Positions 25,994 to 40,589 of a DNA stretch of 64,000 bases are shown piece after piece (within the stretch, counting starts at the first letter, position 1; each line of letters opens with the position of its first letter). The translations under genes and the position numbers were made by a program. Under the pieces are notes generated by a model. That model saw only the letters and a list, made by a program, of their open reading frames with translations. It was not told where the DNA came from and did not search any database. The DNA is from Octopus bimaculoides (Eukaryota). The DNA is taken from positions 65,979,292-66,043,291 of the forward strand of contig NC_068983.1 of the NCBI RefSeq assembly GCF_001194135.2. Reading direction: 5' to 3'.

Positions 25994-26443
25994 ATATATG
26001 TGTGTGTGTGTATGTATGTATGTATGTATGTATGTATGTATGTATGAGTTTACATCCTCGTAACTTAGCGGCTCAGCAAAAGGGTAGGATAAGTACCAGA
26101 CTTAAGAAAAAGGTAAGGTGCAGGAAGAGGTTCTATTTCTTCAACTAAACCTGTCGATTAAAACAAAAGATGAAAGACATGTAAACGAACGTATATAAAT
26201 ACACAAATTGTACGCACGCCCACACAGTATGACATGCTAGAAATAACAGCCAAGTTTCTCTCCCGGCTTATAAACAAGTTGAATTATATTGGCATTGGTT
26301 GGACTGACGGTTCACCATTTGTGTCTACATCTATAAGGGCTGACTTGAATCTAAAACAACAGCAGAAATTCACTTGTTCCTCTCCTTAACTTACACTACA
26401 ATTACCACTATATCTAACAACACTACTAATGCTGCTGCTGCTG

Positions 26444-26509
<66 letters not shown>

Positions 26510-26926
26510 AGAATAACACACCATCAACGGAAAGATTTTACGTGGTTTCTCACTCTGCTACTTATAGCAGCAGCCAAATATCCTTTCTCAATTCAAACCC
26601 AAAGTGTTAAATAAAGGCAATAAGGGGATTTATACAAAGCAGTTCCTGATAGGCTAAATATACTGGATGTTCATGGTTTGAATGTCTTGAGGAGAAAGGA
26701 CAAGTCGTTGAAATCGACTAACCCCTTCACCAAAAATTTCAGGCCTTGTGCCTATAACAGAAAGGATTAATATTTTCATTATTATTATTTCAAATTTCGC
26801 CGCCGAAGTCGACTTTGCCTTCCATCTTTTCGAGGTCGATAAATTATATACCAGTTAAGTACTGGATTCGATGTAACTGACTAGCCTCCTCCTACAAATT
26901 TCAGGTCTTCTGCCTACAGTAGAACA

Positions 26927-26963
<37 letters not shown>

Positions 26964-27029
26964 GAATTTTTGTTTCTCGTTCAATATTGTTTCCATTTCT
27001 TGCCGAGTGTCTTCCCAACACCTAGGACA

Positions 27030-27071
<42 letters not shown>

Positions 27072-27419
27072 TAGTTATATCCAATCAAGAAACAGTAACA
27101 AAATTACCAATACCACTGCTACATACTCTTGTAGCAGCTTAACAACTACAGTTACTTGTAGAAATGTAATACCAACAGTATCAATGTATTACTAGACGTC
27201 ATCTACCAACACCATTTCACTAACAACAATGCAACTACAAACATTGCCATAGCTGTCATAGCATCAGAACGGCCGCCATCACTGCTACTACCACTACTAC
27301 TACCACCATATTTTGGTTTTGTGAAGGTGATTACACAGTTGACAGTAGCAGAATGAAGGGTAATGTTTAGAGGGTTGTAGAGAAATAATGGGAAACACAG
27401 ACCGATGGATAGACAGACA

Positions 27420-27920
<501 letters not shown>

Positions 27921-30397
27921 TTCAAAGTGCGAATAATTGAATTCTTTAAGCAACCTTACTGACAGTAGTATTTGCGATGTGATCGATTTAAGATCAATCA
28001 TGTTACTATCACTAGACCCCTAAACCTTTGTTAGTATGAAGTTGTCACTAGGCCAAAACACTTCTAATCAATCATTTATACCTTATTGGCCCCTATCTGC
28101 AAATAGGGACAGTCATCCTGACATCTCCAGATCAATTACAATTCTTAAACAAGATATTTCACTTTAAACCAGATGTTTCGCTTTTTAACTATTCACTCTT
28201 CCAATGACTCTGTTTCTCTTAAGAAGAGATCTCTATCTTTCTAGTGATCATTCCTTGATATAAAAAAAAAACTTTAGTGTGTATCCTGAACTCATACATC
28301 GGAGTTTTCGGCTGTTTTTTCGAGCTGCCACAATCTGTAGGTATTTAAACGTTGGGTGAATAAGTATTTTTACACTGACCTCACTCATGACAAGCATCTA
28401 ATGAACCAAAGGAGAGTGTGAACTGAGGTTAAATAACAACAACTGCAATTTAAGTGCAACGAATTGTATTCATCACTGGAGCATATAAGAAGGCAGTGGT
28501 TACTGTAACCATTGGTCATTCGTGACAGGCACTGTTACACAGTCCATCAGAGAGTTCTCTTTTAAAGTTCTTTAGCTATACTTTGATAGCATGACAGATC
28601 GAAATGAACTTTGACTTCTGAATTAGTCTCAAGCCAGTGAAGTGTATTTTTTTCTGCTTGTTTATAGTTGCGTTGGAGCGGTTAAAGATCAGTCATTTTA
28701 TATTAAAGAAAAATACTGCAGTCCAGAGAAACACTTTTTTCCTCTCATCTCGATACTTCCCAATAAATGTTGATAATGTTGTGCAGTGTTCCACAGAACA
28801 GTATATGAATGAAATATTGTGCTATTGAATTCGAATGCAGTAAAAAAAATTCGAGTGCAAGCAAACATTATTGCATAATACGAAATTATGTATCTACAAA
28901 GCATTCGTTCATTGGAATCTGCATTTAATAGTAAGATTTTAGCAGAGTATTTGTTTATTGTACTGGGGAAAGTTTTACCAAGCAACTGCACCAAAGAATT
29001 ATGGTATTTGTATTTAACAACTCTTGCAATTTATGCTTTTTGAAAACAGTCATTCCGATTCTACTCCTACATTTAGAACTACGTTGAATTGATACTTTCA
29101 AGTCGTACACATATTTCCATTGTAAGCATGTGCTGAGTGATGCTATATTTTGTTGTATAAGTTACTCAAACTACACAGAAACACACACACGTGTACACAC
29201 ACGTGTACACACACACACTAAAGTATGTAGTATGTATGACTATATATATATATATGTGTGTGTGCAATGTGTAAGTGTATATGAATGTGTATACATAAGT
29301 GCTCATATATACATATGAATTTTTATGTATGTGTGTATATATATATATTATTAATTGACGATTCTCTGCCCTTATTCTTGTATATTTTATATTTGATATC
29401 TCTAAGTTAGATAGTTAAACCGTAAATCCCTCCTTTTCATAGTTAAACCGTAAATCCCTCCTTTTCATACGGGACTATTTGTGACGCACATGGAATAGAT
29501 TTCTTTGAGGTGAGGTGCCTGAACTCGCTAGCCGATGAATTCGTAAGTGCCTTTCTTATCGTTGATTTTTGGTGTCGCATGGCCAAAAATTACCGTGAAT
29601 TTTTTTAGAGACACTTTCAAATTTATCAGAATATTTGGGCTGAAGATTGGAATAGTGAAATTTCCATTCACTTAACCATGAAACGATTCGTATCCAATTA
29701 ACTAAAGGCTTAGTTTGTTTACGCTTTTCCNNNNNNNNNNNNNNNNNNNNNNNNNNNNNNNNNNNNNNNNNNNNNNNNNNNNNNNNNNNNNNNNNNNNNN
29801 NNNNNNNNNNNNNNNNNNNNNNNNNNNNNNNNNNNNNNNNNNNNNNNNNNNNNNNNNNNNNNNNNNNNNNNTATATATATATATATGTATATGTGCATAC
29901 ATGTATGTGCATATATCTATATTTATATTTGCACACACATACATATGTGTGTAAAGTGCGTATGCATGGAGTATTTATGATGTGGAATGGCCATGTATAG
30001 ATGAATATGCTTATATTGTGTATATGCATACGTGTGCATATGTGTATAATATTCCATAATATTCCCGTGTGTTTATATAGCACCTGCTCTGCTGCTGCTA
30101 CTGCTGCTGCTACTGCTGCTGCTACTGCTGCTGATGCTAGTGCTACTGCTGCTACTGCTGCTACATTCTCTCGTCGCTTCGAGGAATAAGAGGCCGGCAA
30201 GTCAAAGCTAAAAAGCCATTGTTACTGGTCTTATGAAGGAAGTTTGATGGTGTTAGTGCTAGTCTCTTGGTTTGCTGAAGAATTTGCACCACCGGCAGGC
30301 AGAACCATTTCAGCATATCTCAACCCTACGTGATGTGCTTTAGCCTTAATAAATTATAACTTTGGCTTTGACAAACGCGAATCAGCGAGAACACTCT

Positions 30398-30472
<75 letters not shown>

Positions 30473-30639
30473 TCTCTGGAAGAATTGTGCTATGATGAAA
30501 CTTAGTAATGGATGAACTCAGCTTTAAATGTACAAAACCTGCTGTGCTGTAGGTTGCTACGATGCCATTGCACTTCATCAAGAGTTGAAAGTCTATGGCT
30601 TTTATACATATGTGTAATGTAATGGAGTAATGAAGACGT

Positions 30640-31382
30640 GAGATTGTTGTATGATATAATACTCTATTGAAGAGTAATAATTTAACATTATATAACAGTA
30701 CAGTGTTGTATAGTACAGCAACATATAGCTCAGTACAGTTTCCTAGAAACAATGCAATGTAATACATTGTAACATAATGCATGATATACTGTATAGTGTA
30801 ATGAGGTGTAGTGTTGTAGATACAAGACAGTAAACTTGAATAAAATGTGGTATATTTCAAATCATTGTGGCACAATGTAGAGCAGAAAATCTATTGTAGT
30901 GTATTAAAGTGGAGTAGTGTACAGTGCCGTGAAATGTAGCTTAGCATAGTATAGTGTCATGGAATATAATATTATGTATTGTTGCTTCTTAAAGAGAAAT
31001 ACATTGTAGTTTGCTGTAATACAGTATAATGTAATATCATACATTACGCTATCGTGTTGTAGATTGTAGTATAGCATTATGTACATTTTAGTACAACATT
31101 GTGTATAATATTGTTACATTAAAAGATGCGCCAATGAACGCACGCACTATTTCACCTTCACTTGAGATTTATTATTATTAGTTAGTGGTTATTTTATCGA
31201 TATATCCTTTTACCACACATTCTGTGACCTCTTCAATTATTATTTGCTCTTCTGTGTGTCACCACTTCTTTCTGGCCTTGTTCTGTTTACTCCATCTTGT
31301 CTCTCTATGTATCCTTGTCTACGCATACATTTACATCTCTGTGTGTGTGTATGTGTGTGTGTGTGTGTGTGTNNNNNNNNNN

Positions 31383-31429
<47 letters not shown>

Positions 31430-32165
31430 GTATATGTAGGTGTGCTTTGTGTACATGCATGTGGGTTTGTATATTGTATTATTTGAACCTGCGTCCCCTT
31501 TTTTTTCTTCCTGTGCTTTATTCTGTCTTTAGTAGTTAGGTTGCGGGGTGCAGGATATGCCCATCTCATTCGTGCTTTCTGTTGAGGATCGGCGTCCTTT
31601 CTATCGTTTGTGTGGCCTCCACAATTTGTCTGATTGTTGTGTAGATAGGATCTTAACCTCTATGTTATCAATCGAGCCCCCATGTTCTAAAGCACTAGCA
31701 ACCTCTTTTTCCTTCTTGAATTCTCACCAATGTCATTTCATCCTCTCTCCTATGTTATGGGCTGTCTCTGCAATATATGCCGTGTCATGCTTTTTGCACC
31801 GCCCCTCTATACATTTTATCCTATAGACTGCATTCCTAGTTTTGCAGTTTACTTATAGGTTTACACTACACACTATATAGTTCCTATTTGTACAGAGGGA
31901 TTTTCGAAAGAGTATGTCCAACTAATCCTGGGCCAGGAATCACGTCAAGAATCTTGCAAAACAAATACATAAACGTATACAAAGAGTATAGTATAACGTG
32001 GTACATTTTAATATAATATAATGTCGAACTAGTATAATGTGGCCCTTTGTAATGCAGTATTCTGTCATGTACATTTTAGAGAAATATGATTTAATGTAGC
32101 ATACTCTAATATATAATGCAGTACATTGCAGTATCGTATAATACACTATAGTGTACTATGCTATT
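30640..32165. repeat. Degenerate TAGTA/TACAG-type short-period tracts (30640-31110 and 31840-32165)
   Basis: Runs of variants such as TAGTA, TGTAG, TACAG and TATAG with no stable ORF. Similar tracts occur at about 42840-43330, 55960-56600 and 58350-58800. Confidence 0.55.
31545..31835 (-). mobile_element. Penelope-like GIY-YIG endonuclease fragment
   Basis: NAVYRIKCIEGRCKKHDTAYIAETAHNIGERMK*H...EVKILST, matching VYxIxC...YIGETxRxLxERxxEH. Confidence 0.8.
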
Positions 32166-32639
32166 CTCTTCCTTCTTCCTCTTCTTCTTTTCCGACAGCG
32201 GTTGCTTCATTTTCTTCTCATCCAATACTAGATAAAGCTTGATTTAGCAAGATCTGTGATCGATGGCATTCCTGCCGTGACTCTCGCGCCTTTTATCTAC
32301 ATATCCTTCTTCCAGTACAACATTGTCCAATCAATCCTATTTTTAAGATAGTGGAGCGTGATTTAAGGAGATACGATTGCTATTTCCCTTCGGTTGATCT
32401 GCTTCATAGATGCCCTCTAATTGACTTGTTTTTGTTGTTTTTGTTGTTATTGGTATCTCTGATGCTTCAATTGATATTGTTACACTTACATGTAATACAA
32501 ATGGTTGCTCTTGTTTATCCCCCAAGTTAGCTCTGATCGAGTTGATCTATTATAAAAGGAGCTACAGGCACGATCATGTCATCTTCCCTAATATATACGA
32601 CTACTATTATACACTGCACGACTCCTTGGCGAAGAGTGG

Positions 32640-33165
32640 ATGTGTGTGTGTGTGTGTGTGTGTGCGTGTCTGTCTGTCTGTGTCTGTGTCTGTGTCTGTC
32701 TGTGTCTGTGNNNNNNNNNNTCTGTGTCTGTGTCTGTGTCTGTCTGTGTCTGTGTCTGTCTGTGTCTGTCTGTGTGTGTGTCTGTCTGTCTGTCTGTGTC
32801 CGTATCTGTGTGTGTGTGTCTGTCTGTCTGTCTGTGTCTGTATCTGTGTGTGTGTGTGTGTCTGTCTGTCTGTGTCTGTATCTGTGTGTGCGTGTGTCTG
32901 TCTGTCTGTGTCTGTATCTGTGTGTGTCTGTCTGTGTCTGTGTCTGTGTCTGTCTGTGTCTGTCTGTGTCTGTCTGTGTGTGTGTCTGTCTGTCTGTCTG
33001 TGTCCGTATCTGTGTGTGTGTGTGTGTCTGTCTGTCTGTGTCTGTATCTGTGTGTGTGTGTGTGTGTCTGTCTGTCTGTGTCTGTGTCTGTGTCTGTGTC
33101 TGTGTCTGTGTCTGTCTGTGTCTGTGTCTGTCTGTGTCTGTGTCTGTCTGTGTCTGTGTCTGTGT
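32640..33165. repeat. Complex (TG)/(TGTC)/(TGTGTC) satellite with higher-order blocks
   Basis: Blocks such as CTGTCTGTCTGTGTC(C/T)GTATCTGTGTGTG recur several times. Confidence 0.95.
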
Positions 33166-33633
33166 GGTATGTTTTACCACAATCTCAAGTCAACCAAAGC
33201 GTTGTGAATAAAATTTAGAAGACTGGAACTGAGGGAGCTGGACGAAAGAACCATTCCTGTGTTTTAGGGTGAAAGACTTAACTCATCCTACTGGTTTCAT
33301 GCCACTACATGGCTTTTCGGTGCTTTTAACGCGGTCCACTCTGTCGCAAACAGGTCTCCAGTCTGATGATAACTTCCTTCTTTTCTCCTACCAATATTGA
33401 ATCCTCTGAAAAGAAGTCAGAGGATCTACCCTTCCTCCCGTGACTAAATAATGGAAGACTCTAGAAAAAAACTGCACCAATATTCCCTTTCTTCAATATG
33501 GCTATATATTGCTACAGTCTCTGAATTCTTTGTTTATTTAAGGTATGCAAGAGTGTGAGCTTGAGAACGTTGATTGCTGTTTCTGACAATGTTGGTGGTG
33601 TGATTGCACAGAGACTCTTTCGCTGGTTCTCAA

Positions 33634-34199
<566 letters not shown>

Positions 34200-34200
<1 letters not shown>

Positions 34201-34485
34201 ACAACGATAATAAAAATAACAATAATAATACCTTTATTGGCCACAAGGGCCGAACACAAAACAAAAAGGGACAATACAATACTAAGGGCAAGTGGGGTGT
34301 TGAACAATGCTGTGTATACAATAAGTATCAAAAATAAATAACAAAACAATAAAGCAACAAAAATTCTCCAAAAGGTGGGAGTTCTTCACAGGGACAACCG
34401 CAGAACCACACAAAACCTGGTTATCCCGACCGCCAGATGCACCTCAGCTGGCGCCTCTCTCTTTCTCAATTCCTCGAAAGTTCAG
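34200..34485 (-). mobile_element. 3' terminus of a Tx1-like LINE
   Basis: Minus strand ends GGCCCTTGTGGCCAATAAAGGTATTATTATTGTTATT, matching the end of the Tx1 copy at about 62120-62155 (CCTTCATGGCCAATAAAGAAAACATTATTGTTATT). Confidence 0.6.
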
Positions 34486-34516
34486 AGTTTACTGATTATT
34501 ATTATTATTATTATTA

Positions 34517-34577
<61 letters not shown>

Positions 34578-34578
<1 letters not shown>

Positions 34579-35113
34579 GAGTGAGAGAGCAGTGCATGCC
34601 ATCAAAGTGACTCTGGGGTACAAATATACGAAGCCCAGTATACCCATCATGATTACCCGTCTGATAAGGGTACACCAGGCACATGCATCACAACCATATG
34701 TGCACGACATGGTGATCTCAAATCAAGATAAACAGCGCATGACCTCGCAGGTGGGGCCCAGTTAGAATTTTCTTCAGGTTGAGTAGCCCATCCCGCTCAA
34801 AAGGTCCCTGAATAAGGTTTGTTTAAGGATGTTGAGCAAAACACCCATGTTTCCAAAGGTGAATTATTCAAACCTCAAAGAACTCCTCTCAACACACGGC
34901 TATGATGTTCCCCAACTACTTCTGCTCGTGATCAGAGATGCACATATCGTCAGCCAAGGGACATACTCAACTGGTTAAGGTCAAACAACTGACAAGTAAA
35001 TCTGTGGTATTAAGTAGAATATTTTCTGTAACCCAACTTTTATACCAAGACAAAACAACGTACATGATAACACTTCCAATCAATTAAGATCAGAAACCAT
35101 GAGAGCCACTACC

Positions 35114-35114
<1 letters not shown>
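34578..35114 (-). mobile_element. About 540-bp non-coding interspersed element embedded in (ATT)n
   Basis: Complex sequence with no long ORF, bounded on both sides by long (ATT)n. I recall it as a common Octopus repeat but have not verified this. Confidence 0.55.
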
Positions 35115-35180
<66 letters not shown>

Positions 35181-35192
35181 GTTATTATTATT

Positions 35193-35897
35193 AAGGCAGT
35201 GAGCTGGAAGAATCGTTAGCAAACCGGGCAAAATGGTTAGCGGTATTTCGCTCGTCGTTACGTCCCGTGTTCAAATTCCACCGAGGTCGATTTTGACTTC
35301 CATTCTTTCGGGATCGATAAATTAAGTATCAGTGAAACACTGCGGTCGATGTAATCGACTAATCCCCTACTCCAAAATTCCAGGCCTTGTGCCCTTAGTA
35401 GAAAGGATTATTACTCTTATTATTATATAAACGCAGAAAGCTGGTAGAATCAGCATACAGGACAAAATGCTTAGCACTATTTCTTCCGACTGTACGTTCT
35501 GAGCTCAAATTTCGCCAAGGTCGACTTTGCTCGTCATCCTTTCGAGGTTGATGACCTCATAAGTATCAGTTAAGTATGGGTTTCGATAACAGCGAATAGC
35601 CCCTCAGTAACTATTTCAAGTCTTGTGCCAATTGTAGGAAGGCTAATGAAATTAATAATAATCATAATCTTTTCTACTGTAGGTACGAGGCCTGAAATAT
35701 TGAGGGAAGAGGTAACTCGATTTCATCGACCCCAGTACACATCTGGTACTTATTTTATGGAGCCCGAAAGGATGAAAGGCAAAGTCGACCTCGGCGGAAT
35801 GTGAACTCAGAACGTAACGACGGCCGAAATGCCGCTAAGCATTTCGTCCGGTGCGCTAACGATTCTGCCAGCTTGCCGCCTTAATAACAACAACAAA

Positions 35898-35959
<62 letters not shown>

Positions 35960-36265
35960 TAATAATAATCAGTAGTAGTAGTGGTGGTGGTGGTGGTGGT
36001 GGTGGTGGTGGTGGTGGTACTAGTGGTGGTTGTGGTGGTGGTGGTGGTGGTAGTAGTGGTATAACGGTTGATTTTTTGTTTTGTTTTTTTATAAAAAGCC
36101 AGCGATTTTAAGGGAAGGGAATTAGTCAATAGCACCAACCACAGTACTTGACTCATACTTTATCAACTTCGTTAAAGATCAAAGAAGTTGGCCCAGGCGG
36201 GATTTAAACTCATAAAGTGTCAGTAGAAAGGTATTTTGCCCATCATCCTAACGATTCTGCCAATC
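35193..36265. mobile_element. Cluster of four SINE family A copies: + 35193-35410, + 35429-35645, - 35667-35883, - 36105-36265
   Basis: Each copy carries the GAGCTGG...GTCGACTTTG...GTCGATGTAATCGAC core in the stated orientation. Confidence 0.85.
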
Positions 36266-36652
36266 TATCACCTTTTGTCAGTCCACCATGATGATAATGA
36301 GGTGATGAGTTGGAAGAGGGGAGGGAGAATGTTAATACGCTGGAAGATGATTGCGATGAGAGCGGCGAAAATAATGGTGAAGATGGCGATGGTATCACAC
36401 AGAAGCGCAAGAACGTTCGATAAAGCAACGAAATCGGATTTTCACTGCTCACTTTTGCCTTTTTTTCTTTTTCCGGTAATTAGATTTCATCTGAATGGCT
36501 GAAATATTGTCTTTGCAGTTAATCTCTCAATCTCTTCTTTTTCCGTTCTGTTTTCTGTTTTTTAACTTCCCATCTAAACTTGGCAGAAAAAGTAGTAAAG
36601 TGTTGTAGCAATGTTGTGGTAAATGATAAACGCTATAACGTTTACTCTCTTT

Positions 36653-36770
<118 letters not shown>

Positions 36771-37620
36771 ATCTATCTCTCTCTCTCTCTCTCTCTCTTA
36801 CTCTCTTTCTCTTTCCTTTTCTCTCATTCTATACATCTTTGTCTTTCTTTCGTTCTTTCTTTCTTTTCTCTCACCCGCTTGCTAGCACCGTGGAGCAAGC
36901 TTCCGGCAGTTAAAGATTGCCACAGTTTTGCTTCTCGGCCATAACCATTTCATTTCACCTTGATAGATATTCTTCTTCTGCGGATGTCAACTTTATACTA
37001 TTTCATCCTTTACTTACTTTAAAATGTACGCTATGTATTATACCCCTATATCTTATACTAAGGAAGGGTGAGATAATTGACACTTCTTTCTCAATAGATA
37101 GATAGATAGATACATACATACATACATACATACATACATACATACAAACATACATACATACATACATACATACATACATACATACATACATACATACATA
37201 GACATATTTTACAAAAGCCTGCACTAACTACCTCAACCTTAAAAACAAAAATTATATGGGATACCTTTATGCAGATAGGTACATACTGATTAACTGGAAA
37301 GCATAATACCGGATACAAAACATTCTTTTTTATCTCTTCTATATTTTTTGTTATATTTCTTAACATTCTTTCTTCAGTACATTTTATTTCTTGTCTCTCT
37401 TACAATATTCGACAAACCTTTATGTTTATGACCTTAGGTAGACTTGTCTTTTGCTCATTCAGTCGCTGTCTTTATTTTATATCGATTGCGAATTCAGGTA
37501 TACAGACTGAGTGTTTATGAACATCCAGTCATTATATAGCATAATATCCTCACCCATACTCTTTGCTTTAAAATTTGATCTATATTCTTATCTCAATTTA
37601 CTATGCATGAGGATAATATA

Positions 37621-38474
37621 TTGGGTTGTCCGGAAATTTCGTGCCGATTTTTTAAGGAAAGAAAAAGGTCAATTACATTTTTGATCAACCAAATATGAAC
37701 CATATTGTTGCACAATGCGTATCCATCTTTCCTTTTACTTGAAAATATCCTCTTCCCAGAACTGAGGTGGTTTCATGGCAAAGAATTCATCAAGGTATCT
37801 TTTTACGTCATCCAAGGAATTGAAATTTTTACCATTAAGACTATTCTGCAGAGACCTGAATAAGTGGAGATCCGAAGGAGCAATATCTGGTGAATACGGA
37901 AGGTGGGGTAACACATCCCACCAGACACAAAGCAAGACTTTTTTAGGGTGAAGACCCGCTTTTGGGGTGGCTAAGGGTGGCTCATGTCGCTTACTCCAGG
38001 ATCACTTTCTCTGAACATTTCTGTAGATAATTCATTTCTCATCACCTGTCACAATTTGCTTTAAAGAAGGCGCGTTTTCATTCCCTTTATATAGCGAATC
38101 GCAGATGGAAATGCGATCCAAAAGGTTCTTCTCACTCAACTTATGTGGTACCCAAATATCGTAGCGATTTGTGTACCCAAGCTTTACCAGGTGCTCATGA
38201 ACGACGGATTTTGATAGGTTGAGGCTTTCTGCCAATTTTCGGTTTGTGCAATGTGGGTTATTCTCAATTAATGACTTGATTTGGTCATCATTTGATGTGG
38301 ATGGTCTGCCTGATCGCTCTTTATTAATAAGGCTACAATCTCCAACTCGGAACCTTGCGAACCACTTCCGTACAGTTCTTTTGGATAAAGAAACATCACC
38401 GAAAACTGCGCATATTTCTTTGGTTGCTTGTGAAGCAATTTTCCCATTACCGAAAAAGAAAAGCATCAAGTGCC
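37621..38474 (-). mobile_element. mariner (DD34D-type) element with an internal deletion; 5' end lost in a gap
   Basis: TA plus TIR TTGGGTTGTCCGGAAATTTCGTGCCGATTT. ORF has HTH, ERSGRP, WVPHKL and VTGDEK, then LCVWWD fused directly to VLPHLPYSPDIAPSD. Confidence 0.95.
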
Positions 38475-38593
38475 NNNNNNNNNNNNNNNNNNNNNNNNNN
38501 NNNNNNNNNNNNNNNNNNNNNNNNNNNNNNNNNNNNNNNNNNNNNNNNNNNNNNNNNNNNNNNNNNNNNNNNNNNNNNNNNNNNNNNNNNNNA

Positions 38594-38763
38594 ATTCAAA
38601 GGGTCAGCCTTGTCACACTGTGTCACGCTGAATATCCATGAACTATGTTAAGGATACACGTGTCTGTGGAGTGCTCAGCCACTTGCACGTTAATTTCACG
38701 AGCAGGCTGTTCGTTGATCGGATCAACTGGAACCCTCGACGTCGTAAGCGACGGAGTGCCAAC

Positions 38764-38776
<13 letters not shown>
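38594..38776 (+). mobile_element. SINE family C, 3' part
   Basis: Near identical to 8295-8468. Confidence 0.85.
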
Positions 38777-38817
<41 letters not shown>

Positions 38818-38959
38818 AAATGGGACGAGAACGCAAAACATCCAGACAGTTAGGTGATACAAGAAAGGGACAACAAAACATCCAGATAGACAATATATAT
38901 GGTGGCGTGAAGTAGATTCAGTAAAGCAGTAAAGTAAACCGGTAATCATGTTCTATGGA

Positions 38960-39580
38960 CATGATTGTGTTTTTTGTTGTCTACTGGTGCTTTGCAAATC
39001 TTTTGGCAAAGGGAACAAATTGTGGCCTCAGTTTGCTCGAGTTCTTGTGGATTATTTACTATGTGTTTTCTTGAGTGGACGGCTTGTTTTGCTTCGTGCC
39101 ACAAAACTACAATGACAGATAAAGTTTCTATTTAGAGGGGCAGCTTTTTGCCAGCGTGCTTTCATGCTTGCACGAAGTTGGTCCTGATGTTGGAGTCGAC
39201 TTTGCTCAAATCTTTGAACTGAGAAGTAGGACTGGCGCCAGGTCCTGCGTTCTTATGCCTTGTTTTTCCAGGAAGAAAAGGGAATGTTGCATCATTTCAG
39301 GTTATCGTTTTGTTTGTCATTTGAAGCGCAAAAGTGACCTTCTAACTCGACTTCCTGTTGGGAATTGGCCCAAAAGAAGTTGCTACGGAATTCTGATATC
39401 ACTCATACATGACCATCTAAGTTGTATTTTGATATGTTGCATTTTGTTAGAACCCCTTTGTTTCGAATATGGTCGTTCGTTTTGTATTGGAGATAGTACG
39501 CAAGCCTCGCATATGAAAAGCGTCAAGCTGGTTGATGTGCTTTCGGTACAGGGTCCAAGATTCAGTACGATAAAGCATAA
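38960..39580 (-). mobile_element. RTE-BovB-type LINE, C-terminal fragment
   Basis: LYRTESWTLYRKHINQLDAFHMRGLR...QLRWS..MSDIRIP*QLLLGQFPTGSR..R..LRFK. Confidence 0.85.
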
Positions 39581-39600
39581 ATACGTGTGTGTGTGTGTAT

Positions 39601-39642
<42 letters not shown>

Positions 39643-40589
39643 GTACTATGACATTAAAAAAATTATCTCTTTTTTTACAGTACAAGCCCTAACGGTTGAG
39701 AATTAATTCGACATAATAGTTTTATAGAACAGAATTCATAGACTCCATGTTTGATGAAGCAACAGGACTCAAAGCCTCATTTAAAACTAAGTCAGTTTAA
39801 TTTCGTTCTCAGATCAAATCACATCGTGGCGTGCTTAAACTTAATATTTTCCGTCTGCAATAGGATAAGTTCCTGCAATAGATTCTGTTTATTGTGTTCT
39901 TTAAAATTAATTTTTACGTCTAGTCAAAAGAAATCATTATTTAGCATTGTGTCTCCATATTTCAAATTTGGAATAGGTGCGGACCTCGTCTTTCATCTGT
40001 CTCCAGTATCGATAAAATAGATATAGACGTCGACCCAATTGACCAATCGACTATAAATCACAAATCCCTGTGCTTCCTCACCAGCAATCAAAGATATAGT
40101 CAAAGTTATTTCTAAAATTTTAGTATTATTACATTCTTCTACTCTTACCAGAAGGTGGAATTGACCAGGAACATAGTTCAGCGAAATTAATCCGTCTTCC
40201 CAATTTTGAAAAATCAACTAACACTGAAGTATATTAATAAACATGTAATTATAACTTCAAGTAATTTCCGTGCATTTTTCTGCGTCCCTTTCTCTCCACT
40301 AACTCTCTATCTCACACATACATACACAAACATGCACATTGTTATATGTGTAATTGTCTCGACCCATCTAGCATTGATCCCTCGCGGGTGGGATACTTAA
40401 CTGGTTTAGGAGTATCCGTCGGTGTAGATGTGTCTCTTCAGGTTATTAAGATGTATCTCGTTAAAATAATGACTGTTCCCCAAGATATCTTCTCGGTTTG
40501 TGCATAGAAAAGCAGCAAATTAAGAGATACAGTTTCATTTTTATAGAAGATCAGTAATAAATAACATGCAAAAAGAAACAAATACACAA

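Noticed and set aside
29470-29600. YGTICDAHG, resembling SRCR WGTxCD, near a GTAAGT donor
   Set aside because: No other SRCR residues and no in-frame acceptor.
30083-30225. Hydrophobic poly-Leu frame resembling a signal peptide
   Set aside because: It is a (GCT/ACT)n repeat, has no start codon in frame, and stops soon after.
36300-36423. Acidic peptide GDELEEGRENV...QKRKNVR
   Set aside because: It is preceded by in-frame stops with no credible acceptor and looks like a decayed (GAT)n tract.
36929-36941. GCTTCTCGGCC, matching the U2 snRNA 5' end
   Set aside because: Only 11 nt match, and the rest of U2 is absent.
39727-39789. 63-nt AG/GT-flanked open segment (TEFIDSMFDEATGLKASFKT)
   Set aside because: Splice sites are weak, there is no homology, and the phase is incompatible with the nearby 40152 candidate.
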